Part shown: in pieces, positions 11,746 through 24,013 of the stretch
Layout of the letters: each line of letters begins with the position of its first letter
Numbering within the stretch: position 1 is the stretch's first letter
Source: Schmidtea polychroa
Lineage: Eukaryota
Direction: 5' to 3'
Length of the DNA: 64,000 nucleotides
NCBI GenBank assembly: GCA_044892525.1
Contig: CM097886.1
Coordinates: 134,912,001-134,976,000, forward strand
Position numbers and translations under genes: made by a program
Notes under the pieces: model-generated
Told to the model about the DNA's origin: nothing
The model's input: the letters and a program-made list of their open reading frames with translations, nothing else
Database searches by the model: none

Positions 11746-13050
11746 TTTGCAAAGTTCTAATTATTATTTTATTTTAGAAGTTTCATTATTATTATTTACT
11801 TAAATATTCATAAAACTTAATTTCTACGTCAATTTCATGATTTTCAACATTTTCATCATTTGCATGATTATTTTCAAAATTTTCACGATTTTCAACATTT
11901 TCAAATATTTTTCAAAGTATTATTTTCAAAGATTTAATCNNNNNNNNNNNNNNNNNNNNNNNNNNNNNNNNNNNNNNNNNNNNNNNNNNNNNNNNNNNNN
12001 NNNNNNNNNNNNNNNNNNNNNNNNNNNNNNNNNNNNNNNNNNNNNNNNNNNNNNNNNNNNNNNNNNNNNNNNNNNNNNNNNNNTTATTTTCGATGTTTTA
12101 TTATTATTTACTTAAATATTCATAAAACACAATTTCTGCATCAATTTACGATTTTAAATATTTGATGATTATTTTCAGGAACATTGTCATAATTTTGAAC
12201 ATTTTCATCATTTTCAATATTTTCACGATTTTCAACATTTTCACGATTTTCAACATTTTCATGATTATTATTTTTTCATTATTATTTTCAAAGAATTATT
12301 TTCAAAGAATTATTATTATTATTTTTTTTTATTATTATTATTTTTATTATTATTTGCAAACTTCTAATTATTATATTAATTTAGAAGTTTCATTATTATT
12401 ATTTACTTAAATATTCATAAAACTTAATTTCTACGTCAATTACATGATTTTCAGCATTTTCATCATTTGCATGAATTTTAACAATTTTCTACATTTTCAA
12501 TATTTTCACGATTTTCAACATTTTCATGATTATTTCAGGAACTTTTCATCGAATATTTTTCAAAGTATTATTTTCAAAGAATTATTTTCAAATTATTTTC
12601 AAATTTTTTATCAATATTATTATTATTATTATTATTATTATTTGCAAAGTTCTTATTATTTTATTTTCGATGTTTTATTATTATTTACTTAAATATTCAT
12701 AAAACTTAATTTCTGCATCAATTTACGATTTTCAATATTTGATGATTATTTTCAGGAACATTTTCATAATGTTTAACGTTTTCATCCTTTTCAATATTTT
12801 CATCATTTTCAACATTTTCATCATTTTCAATATTTTCAGGAACATTTTCATAATTTTCAACGTCTTCATCATTTTCTATATTTTCATGATTTTAACATTT
12901 TCATAATTTTCACGATTTTCAATATTTTCATCATTATTTTCTTCAAAATTCTTAGTTTATTTATAAAATATTATTATTATCATTTTCAAAATTATTTTCA
13001 AATTTCTTATTATTTATTTCAAAGTATATTATTATTTTTATTATTATTAT
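11620..13050. repeat. Low-complexity (ATT)n and TTTTCANNN 9-bp arrays within ~290-bp higher-order repeats (mirrored at ~20575-22020)
   Basis: TTATTATTTACTTAAATATTCATAAAAC recurs near 11790, 12100, 12395 and 12680; an N-gap lies inside the array. Confidence 0.85.
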
Positions 13051-13460
13051 TATATATACTCCTAGTCTACCCGACAAAATATTTTGTCCCCCTATGGGTA
13101 CTGCTCACACTCAACAGGTTGCAAGGGTACTAGTCATGCTTATTATTATTGTTATACAATATGATGTTACTTAGACATTTGAAGGTTCAACCATGGTTAC
13201 AATTTCTACATTTTGAAAACTCTAATTTGATTGGCTATCTCAATTTTTATAAATGTAAAAACAAAAGTAATTTAGTTATTAAGAAATTTATTTATTACTG
13301 ATGATTTCTACAAATAAAACTGTTGAATATGTAAATCACAAAACACATTTGGTAACTTTATTATTTTGTCAATATTTTTTATATATGTCATTTATAGCAA
13401 GGAAGTCCTACTAGAAATAAGGAAAAATTAAGTCCAACCTATTCTGAAGATAAGCGTTCA

Positions 13461-13951
13461 TTGAAATTTTTTAACAACACAGTTGAAGATTTTATAAATA
13501 ATCATGATACTTACAATGATAAGCAAATCATAAATATTTTAAAGATTTTCAAACATTCCTCTATTCAATATTTGATTGATTTATTTAATTTTGATAAATG
13601 CATTTTGAAGTTATCTAGTTATTTAATGTATTTAGAAAAAACAGTGGTAAACAACGATTCACTGAATGAATACTTTTGGAGTTGTATGTATTTAAGGTTG
13701 AAACCGGGATATAGTAGATTGATTTATGAATGGATAGCAAAAGCCGATTTGATTGAAAATAAGCTAACGGAAAACTGAACGATGTTAAGAAAAGGTATTT
13801 AACTTGTTCAATTTGTAAAGAAAATCAAGTTTCGGTTTTGTATTTACCGTGTGGTCACGTAATTGTTTGTTCTAAGTGTCACGAGAAGAATGTTCGCAAT
13901 TGTCAAGCCTGTTTAATACTGATTAATGAATATCATACTATATACATGTAA
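13461..13951 (+). pseudogene. Element-borne gene ending in an IAP-type C3HC4 RING finger; one frameshift near 13765
   Basis: The 105-aa ORF stops at 13778. An overlapping -1 frame (13763-13951) reads ANGKLNDVKKRYLTCSICKENQVSVLYLPCGHVIVCSKCHEKNVRNCQACLILINEYHTIYM*. Confidence 0.75.
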
Positions 13952-16900
13952 GTTCTCAATACAAATAAATACAATATCAAAGTCAAATGAATTATTAACA
14001 TACATAATGACGGTACTATAATGTAGGAAATTTTCAAACATTGAATAATATGAAATCAGCTTGGTAATTAATTATATTGGGCGCAACTACCAAATGTTGA
14101 TGATATGATGAAGGGAATGGTATTTATAATATTATTTTAAGATTATTCAAAATGAAATATAACCATGAGTTCATCAAAATGGAAAAAGATCTTCGCAAGA
14201 ACCATGAAGATGCTGGATGTATTGGTTATTATTTTTTCGGAAATAAATGTTTTAATTTGTTTTTATAAATTTATTGTTTTATTGTAATACTTTTTGATTA
14301 AAACATATTCATTTTGTTTTAATATTTGTATTAATTTTTTTATATAGTGGTTATAATAAATATGGAAATTTACAATTATATATACAATTATATTTACAAT
14401 TATTATAAATCATAATGACTAAATGATGCTTTTCTTCTGTCCATTGATTTTCCTCTGATATTACTGCTATAATCATCTTCGACAAAATGTAAAGATAATA
14501 TTTCTAGTGTCTTTGTTAATCATGCCCATTTATTGCAAAGTCTTTGTTAATTATGCATTTGTATTGCAAATTTATTAGTCATACAATTATATTATTTTTT
14601 CATGCCCTGACATAATATTATTATTTTGTTTAACAATACCATATAGCAAATTTTTAGGCAATTTGATAAATAGTACATGGTTATTTTAAATATATAGCAA
14701 TTTCTTAAGTAAAATATATTTCCAGATAAATTTAAAAATTTAGTTAGAAATCCATGGTTTTTGGCTGTACCATTTAATTAAAATATTCTTGGATTCATAA
14801 CATTTCTTTTATATAGTTGATAGTAATACCAATTATCTCAATTATTTAACTAGAAACATAACTGAATTCTTAGTTAATATAGTATTTTTGTGTATTTTTT
14901 AGTTAATTTATAAATATTATCTGATATTTTGATGTATCAATGCAATATACAACAAATTACTCAATAAAAACCATAGCATATTGTAAGTTTTTATATAAAG
15001 TCTGAATTTATCCGACAATATATTTTGTTCCCCTATGTGTATTTGTCGTAAGGGTACTGCTTACATTCAACATGTCGCAAGGGTATATTAATTAAAGCAC
15101 ATGTATATTAGTTAAAAATTCTTAGGTAATTTAGTGAGAAATGGATGATCATAGATATCAGAAATTCGTGAATAATTTGAATATTTTGAATGTAACTTAC
15201 CGAATTCTCATTTCGAGCGTCTAATTTATTGGTTAACGTTGTCATGTTTAGTCATTTAAAATTTAGCAAAAGGTTAGATATGAATATTTAGTATTTCATA
15301 GGTAATTTATTCATCTAATGTTCATTACAATAGTTAATATAACTTCGTGAGAAATGCATGGTTATTAATATATTCATTGATAATTTTGGTAGAAAATCTT
15401 TATCATTTGGAGTAAATTTCTATCTTTGTTTGAGGCAAAAGGAGTCATAATAGAAACATGATCATTTGTTATCAATTTACCAATTAAGGTGCTTATTAGT
15501 TAGAAATATAGGGTTACAATTCTTTTCTAATTTAATGAGATGATCATTGGGTGTAATATATCTTATACATGCTTAACATTTTTAAATAGGGATTTTGAGT
15601 AACTTTTACCAAAACAGGGATATTTTGTGCGATCAATTTATGAATATTGGTTAATTTTCTCTTTTTTAGTCATTTAAAATAATATTTAACAAAGGTAATT
15701 TAGAAAAATATCATTGAAAGATTTATCCATCCGATAACAATATTCCTTCCCTTTACCCTTAATATTCAACCGATTTAATTTCTAGAAATCTAATTAAAAT
15801 CATAAAATATTTTCAATAAAGATCAATTTTCTTTAGCTGTTGTCGATTTCCAACTTTTAAGTCAATATTTCTCAAGTTTTGTCACAGATATCCCCACAAT
15901 GAATAAAATAACTTCTTAAATAAAATAATTTAAAGCAATAACCTTTGATATCAATCCCAATTAATTCTAAAGATTTCAAATATTTCATTGTCAAAACCAA
16001 GTAAATAGATCATTAACCCTAAACGACTTAATAAAACAGTGGATAATTAATAAAAACTGGTTCTAAAACCTAATATTACTGTGCCATAACATTCATAACA
16101 ACCTAATAAAACGATATAATTTCACAGGAACGATTATTAATTCATAGCTAAATACTGACTATGTCCCTTTGATATTTTACCAATAAGAACATTGTCGATT
16201 TAAATAGAGATTTCAAACATTTCCGCCTTAACCGATCCCTCACTAAATATTTCTACCCCATTAAATACCCCCTTTAAAAATCATATATTACCATCTTAAC
16301 TGAACCTTCACTAAATCCAACCGACTTTAATATATCAATTCTCTTAAAATCCATAGAAAATTCTTCAAAATATGAATTTTATTTAATTGTTACAGACATC
16401 CTTCCATTGAAATAATTTAGTATCTAAATTCATGTAGTAAGAGCCCACTAAAAGATCACTAAAATCAATATTTTCTACAAATATTTCACCACATTTACCA
16501 TCAAATACCTAACTACAAATGAAATATATTGATCATAATTCTTCATCGATTCAGCCAATTATAGCAATTATATCTTTCAAAATCACAAATTTCAGTATAT
16601 TTTACAATAATTTTCAAGTAGATTTCAAATATATCATCATGATAAAATTAGCTGATTTCAACTTTAGATTTTCAATATTTAAAAGTTCATCAATATTCGT
16701 AGAAAATATATGAAAGAATTATTTTGTCAATATCATTACAAAGTCATCATAAAAATTAAATAATAATCACTTGATTATTGTAAAAACTTTAAAAAATTAT
16801 TAACGTAACTGTCATTAAAAATAATTTTTATTTAAAATTAAATTTAAAAACAAGTCAATAAAATATAGTAAATTATCAAGAAATTAATTAAATTTGTCTT

Positions 16901-19673
16901 AGAATTAACACTAAAACCTTAAATTTTTAAATATTCTTTCAATTATTCACAAAAAGGTTAGTAATAATGTTAGTAAAATCCCGCTAACTCTAAAAATTAC
17001 CAATGAATTTAATGCTAATTAATAACCAAAAATTTGCCTAAATAAAATCATTAAAACACACCAGTACCTTTACGACCAGTACCCTTGCGAGCAGTACCAA
17101 TTGTGAACAGTACCCATAGAGGGAGAAAATATCTTGTCGGATAAACTCATAGTATATATAATAAAACGAATTAACAATAACTCCATCAAATTGAATCAGT
17201 CAAATTAACACAAATTTTGATAAAAAATCTTATTCTAAAATGGTAAGAAGAGTAAAGTCGAACGATAATTTTAATAACACAGAGATAAAATTAACAATAT
17301 TATATTGGATTTAGTGAAGGTTCAGTTAAGATGGTAATATATGATTTTTAAAGGGGGTATTTAATGGGGTAGAAATATTTAGTGAGGGATCGGTTAAGGC
17401 GGAAATGTTTGAAATCTCTATTTAAATCGACAATGTTCTTATTGGTAAAATATCAAAGGGACATAGTCAGTATTTAGCTATGAATTAATAATCGTTCCTG
17501 TGAAATTATATCGTTTTATTAGGTTGTGATGAATGTTATGGCACAGTAATATTAGGTTTTAGAACCAGTTTTTATTAATTATCCACTGTTTTATTAAGTC
17601 GTTTAGGGTTAATGATCTATTTACTTGGTTTTGACAATGAAATATTTGAAATCTTTAGAATTAATTGGGATTGATATCAAAGGTTATTGCTTTAAATTAT
17701 TTTATTTAAGAAGTTATTTTATTCATTGTGGGGATATCTGTGACAAAACTTGAGAAATATTGACTTAAAAGTTGGAAATCGACAACAGCTAAAGAAAATT
17801 GATCTTTATTGAAAATATTTTATGATTTTAATTAGATTTCTAGAAATTAAATCGGTTGAATATTAAGGGTAAAGGGAAGGAATATTGTTATCGGATGGAT
17901 AAATCTTTCAATGATATTTTTCTAAATTACCTTTGTTAAATATTATTTTAAATGACTAAAAAAGAGAAAATTAACCAATATTCATAAATTGATCGCACAA
18001 AATATCCCTGTTTTGGTAAAAGTTACTCAAAATCCCTATTTAAAAATGTTAAGCATGTATAAGATATATTACACCCAATGATCATCTCATTAAATTAGAA
18101 AAGAATTGTAACCCTATATTTCTAACTAATAAGCACCTTAATTGGTAAATTGATAACAAATGATCATGTTTCTATTATGACTCCTTTTGCCTCAAACAAA
18201 GATAGAAATTTACTCCAAATGATAAAGATTTTCTACCAAAATTATCAATGAATATATTAATAACCATGCATTTCTCACGAAGTTATATTAACTATTGTAA
18301 TGAACATTAGATGAATAAATTACCTATGAAATACTAAATATTCATATCTTACCTTTTGCTAAATTTTAAATGACTAAACATGACAACGTTAACCAATAAA
18401 TTAGACGCTCGAAATGAGAATTCGGTAAGTTACATTCAAAATATTCAAATTATTCACGAATTTCTGATATCTATGATCATCCATTTCTCACTAAATTACC
18501 TAAGAATTTTTAACTAATATACATGTGCTTTAATTAATATACCCTTGCGACATGTTGAATGTAAGCAGTACCCTTACGACAAATACACATAGGGGAACAA
18601 AATATATTGTCGGATAAATTCAGACTTTATATAAAAACTTACAATATGCTATGGTTTTTATTGAGTAATTTGTTGTATATTGCATTGATACATCAAAATA
18701 TCAGATAATATTTATAAATTAACTAAAAAATACACAAAAATACTATATTAACTAAGAATTCAGTTATGTTTCTAGTTAAATAATTGAGATAATTGGTATT
18801 ACTATCAACTATATAAAAGAAATGTTATGAATCCAAGAATATTTTAATTAAATGGTACAGCCAAAAACCATGGATTTCTAACTAAATTTTTAAATTTATC
18901 TGGAAATATATTTTACTTAAGAAATTGCTATATATTTAAAATAACCATGTACTATTTATCAAATTGCCTAAAAATTTGCTATATGGTATTGTTAAACAAA
19001 ATAATAATATTATGTCAGGGCATGAAAAAATAATATAATTGTATGACTAATAAATTTGCAATACAAATGCATAATTAACAAAGACTTTGCAATAAATGGG
19101 CATGATTAACAAAGACACTAGAAATATTATCTTTACGTTTTGTCGAAGATGATTATAGCAGTAATATCAGAGGAAAATCAATGGACAGAAGAAAAGCATC
19201 ATTTAGTCATTATGATTTATAATAATTGTAAATATAATTGTATATATAATTGTAAATTTCCATATTTATTATAACCACTATATAAAAAAATTAATACAAA
19301 TATTAAAACAAAATGAATATGTTTTAATCAAAAAGTATTACAATAAAACAATAAATTTATAAAAACAAATTAAAACATTTATTTCCGAAAAAATAATAAC
19401 CAATACATCCAGCATCTTCATGGTTCTTGCGAAGATCTTTTTCCATTTTGATGAACTCATGGTTATATTTCATTTTGAATAATCTTAAAATAATATTATA
19501 AATACCATTCCCTTCATCATATCATCAACATTTGGTAGTTGCGCCCAATATAATTAATTACCAAGCTGATTTCATATTATTCAATGTTTGAAAATTTCCT
19601 ACATTATAGTACCGTCATTATGTATGTTAATAATTCATTTGACTTTGATATTGTATTTATTTGTATTGAGAAC

Positions 19674-20164
19674 TTACATGTATATAGTATGATATTCATT
19701 AATCAGTATTAAACAGGCTTGACAATTGCGAACATTCTTCTCGTGACACTTAGAACAAACAATTACGTGACCACACGGTAAATACAAAACCGAAACTTGA
19801 TTTTCTTTACAAATTGAACAAGTTAAATACCTTTTCTTAACATCGTTCAGTTTTCCGTTAGCTTATTTTCAATCAAATCGGCTTTTGCTATCCATTCATA
19901 AATCAATCTACTATATCCCGGTTTCAACCTTAAATACATACAACTCCAAAAGTATTCATTCAGTGAATCGTTGTTTACCACTGTTTTTTCTAAATACATT
20001 AAATAACTAGATAACTTCAAAATGCATTTATCATAATTAAATAAATCAATCAAATATTGAATAGAGGAATGTTTGAAAATCTTTAAAATATTTATGATTT
20101 GCTTATCATTGTAAGTATCATGATTATTTATAAAATCTTCAACTGTGTTGTTAAAATATTTCAA
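19674..20164 (-). pseudogene. Mirror copy of the RING-finger gene in the right arm
   Basis: Same frameshift as the left copy; two F/Y differences in the 105-aa part. Confidence 0.75.
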
Positions 20165-21893
20165 TGAACGCTTATCTTCAGAATAGGTTGGACTTAATTT
20201 TTCCTTATTTCTAGTAGGACTTCCTTGCTATAAATGACATATATAAAAAATATTGACAAAATAATAAAGTTACCAAATGTGTTTTGTGATTTACATATTC
20301 AACAGTTTTATTTGTAGAAATCATCAGTAATAAATAAATTTCTTAATAACTAAATTACTTTTGTTTTTACATTTATAAAAATTGAGATAGCCAATCAAAT
20401 TAGAGTTTTCAAAATGTAGAAATTGTAACCATGGTTGAACCTTCAAATGTCTAAGTAACATCATATTGTATAACAATAATAATAAGCATGACTAGTACCC
20501 TTGCAACCTGTTGAGTGTGAGCAGTACCCATAGGGGGACAAAATATTTTGTCGGGTAGACTAGGAGTATATATAATAATAATAATAAAAATAATAATATA
20601 CTTTGAAATAAATAATAAGAAATTTGAAAATAATTTTGAAAATGATAATAATATTTTATAAATAAACTAAGAATTTTGAAGAAAATAATGATGAAAATAT
20701 TGAAAATCGTGAAAATTATGAAAATGTTAAAATCATGAAAATATAGAAAATGATGAAGACGTTGAAAATTATGAAAATGTTCCTGAAAATATTGAAAATG
20801 ATGAAAATGTTGAAAATGATGAAAATATTGAAAAGGATGAAAACGTTAAACATTATGAAAATGTTCCTGAAAATAATCATCAAATATTGAAAATCGTAAA
20901 TTGATGCAGAAATTAAGTTTTATGAATATTTAAGTAAATAATAATAAAACATCGAAAATAAAATAATAAGAACTTTGCAAATAATAATAATAATAATAAT
21001 AATAATATTGATAAAAAATTTGAAAATAATTTGAAAATAATTCTTTGAAAATAATACTTTGAAAAATATTCGATGAAAAGTTCCTGAAATAATCATGAAA
21101 ATGTTGAAAATCGTGAAAATATTGAAAATGTAGAAAATTGTTAAAATTCATGCAAATGATGAAAATGCTGAAAATCATGTAATTGACGTAGAAATTAAGT
21201 TTTATGAATATTTAAGTAAATAATAATAATGAAACTTCTAAATTAATATAATAATTAGAAGTTTGCAAATAATAATAAAAATAATAATAATAAAAAAAAA
21301 ATAATAATAATAATTCTTTGAAAATAATTCTTTGAAAATAATAATGAAAAAATAATAATCATGAAAATGTTGAAAATCGTGAAAATGTTGAAAATCGTGA
21401 AAATATTGAAAATGATGAAAATGTTCAAAATTATGACAATGTTCCTGAAAATAATCATCAAATATTGAAAATCGTAAATTGATGCAGAAATTGTGTTTTA
21501 TGAATATTTAAGTAAATAATAATAAAACATCGAAAATAAAANNNNNNNNNNNNNNNNNNNNNNNNNNNNNNNNNNNNNNNNNNNNNNNNNNNNNNNNNNN
21601 NNNNNNNNNNNNNNNNNNNNNNNNNNNNNNNNNNNNNNNNNNNNNNNNNNNNNNNNNNNNNNNNNNNNNNNNNNGATTAAATCTTTGAAAATAATTTGAA
21701 AATAAATCTTTGAAAATAATACTTTGAAAAATATTTGAAAATGTTGAAAATCGTGAAAATTTTGAAAATAATCATGCAAATGATGAAAATGTTGAAAATC
21801 ATGAAATTGACGTAGAAATTAAGTTTTATGAATATTTAAGTAAATAATAATAATGAAACTTCTAAAATAAAATAATAATTAGAACTTTGCAAA

Positions 21894-21959
<66 letters not shown>

Positions 21960-22820
21960 GAATAATAATAGTAATAATAAGAATTTTCAAAATAACTTTG
22001 AAAATAATAATAATGATAATAATATCTTTGTTTAAGAAATGATGAGTCATATGTACTTCACAAATGTTACTAAAAATAGATCCAAAACGTTACTAAAAAT
22101 AGATGTTTTTGTTACTAAAAATACAACAACCTTGGTGAGTCATCGGATCAATGATCGGATCAAAAATGTTACTAAAAATAGATGTCTGTGTGTTACTAAA
22201 AATAGTAGTCTTTGTTACTAAAAATAGAACGACTTTGATGACTCAGCGGATGAGTCATGGTTTTGTTTAAATAACCTTGATAAATAATCATAATAATAAT
22301 ATTAATAATAAATTTGAAAATATCTTCGAAAATAATAATAATAAATAATAATATTACTATTGATAGTAATAAATAATAAATCCCATGGGCGCGTCATTGT
22401 CTTTGTTCTGAAAACAGATGTCTTTGTTCTAAAAATGATGAGTCATTGTCTTTGTTCAAAAAAAAATTAAATGAGTCATCGATGAGTACTTTTGTATTGC
22501 CGTTTGTTTGATATGTATATTATAAGGTTTGAAAAATTTAAACCATGGATCCTTTGACCTTCAAACTTGGACCATCATACTCATCTTTGAATTACCTTTT
22601 ATTTGACATGTATATATCTATATGTATAATTTTTAAAGGTTTTGGACCCTTTGAAGGTTTGAAGGTTAAGGACCATTCATAAACCTTTGAAAGTATGACC
22701 ATGATACTTACATCTCAAATACCTTTCGTTTGATATGTATATTATAAGGTTTTAAAATTTTTGAACCTTGGACCCTTCGACCCTTGGACCTTCGAACTCA
22801 CCATCAAAAGTCCTTTTGAA

Positions 22821-22861
<41 letters not shown>

Positions 22862-23088
22862 GGTTTGAAAAATATTTAATTTTGGACATCCTTTGAAGGT
22901 TATTGACCCACCATATACATTCGAGGGTATGACCATTAGATAGACCTCCCAAATACCTTTCGAATGATATATATATATTACAAAGTTTGAAAAAATTCGA
23001 AGGTTTTTGACCCTTTGAAGGTTAAGGACCCACCATACACCTTCGAGGGTATGACCATCAAACTTTCCTCTCATATACCTTTCGAATG

Positions 23089-23119
<31 letters not shown>

Positions 23120-23915
23120 GGTTTGAAAACATTCGGAGGTTTTTGACCCTTTGAAGGTTAAGGACCCACCATACACCTTCGAGGGTATGACCATCAAACT
23201 GACCTCTCAAATACCTTTCTAATGATACCCTTGGGTGAAGGTTTGACCTTATTTGACCTTTGGAAATTTAAATTTGAAATGAGTCACCCTTGATGAGTCA
23301 TGTGCGATGAGTCATCGCCGGTGAGTCATGCGCGATGAGTCATGGATGACGTCATTTATGACTCACTGGGGGCGGGGGGTGGGGTAATGATGAGTCATGC
23401 AGCGCACTTGTACCTACTAGCATTGTATAGCTTTGCATCTTAATTTGACTTCAGGACCAATTCCATTCCTGTAAGTACATAATTAATGGAAGTGGTGGAT
23501 TCTTTTGGCACCAAGGCGCCAAATTTTAATCTCGCCCCGGGCGCCATTTTCTTTAGCTACGGCTCTGAAATACGATAGATATTTAATCCACAAATCTTTG
23601 TTTTACACATATATCCCAATTAAAAATAACATAATTTCAAATTTGTATTAATCTATTTTAATTGTAAAATAAGAGTTTTCTTATTTAACTTCAAAAAAAG
23701 AAAATCGTACAGATAACCTTTGACATTTAGTTAGAATGGTTCCTATTACCTCCAGTTTGTAAGCATTTCCTATGATTTTAGTGCTTTTAAGGATTAAACC
23801 TTTTGATAAATGAGTTCAAACCAGTTTCATAAAGTTTTTTTGGGAGCTTCCTAAATATGATCTATTTATTCTTTTAGATAGTTTTCATTGAGAAATTATA
23901 CAATAATTATTTTAG

Positions 23916-24013
23916 CTCATAACGACATTTGTAATTTCTGATGTGTCCTCAACTTACAGGCGATCTGGGAAACCATTTAATCCACTGTTGGGAGAAACAT
24001 TCGAATTAAACAG
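23916..24013 (+). CDS. OSBP-family gene exon
   Basis: TTTTAG|LITTFVISDVSSTYRRSGKPFNPLLGETFELN(AG)|GTAAC; contains the KPFNPLLGETFEL motif; phase 0/2. Confidence 0.92.

Larger units (their letters stand above)
10181..23418. mobile_element. 13.2-kb palindromic Polinton/Maverick-type element (non-autonomous; ~6.1-kb inverted arms plus a 984-bp spacer) in an OSBP intron
   Basis: Termini AGTAGGTAC...GTACCTACT; exact 6-bp TSD AGCATT (10175-10180, 23419-23424). Arms 10181-16320 and 17305-23418 are reverse complements with only scattered differences. A 6-bp TSD with AG(T)...(A)CT ends is the known Polinton signature. Confidence 0.8.

Noticed and set aside
11406-12692. Short Ile/Phe/Tyr-rich ORFs and their mirrors at 20930-22221
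   Set aside because: They are translations of (ATT)n, (TA)n and 9-bp repeats.
15100-18550. Alternative genetic code (TAA=Gln, TGA=Trp) in the inner arms
   Set aside because: A frame looked protein-like, but I counted about 22 stops in 220 codons, which is roughly what ~80% AT random sequence gives. TAG also occurs, and host genes use standard stops.
10181-23418. Palindrome as a pure assembly artefact (mirrored N-gaps at ~11940 and ~21542)
   Set aside because: Not favoured: there is an exact TSD, the arms differ by substitutions and indels, the spacer is unique, and the flanking exons are phase-compatible. It is not fully excluded without long reads.
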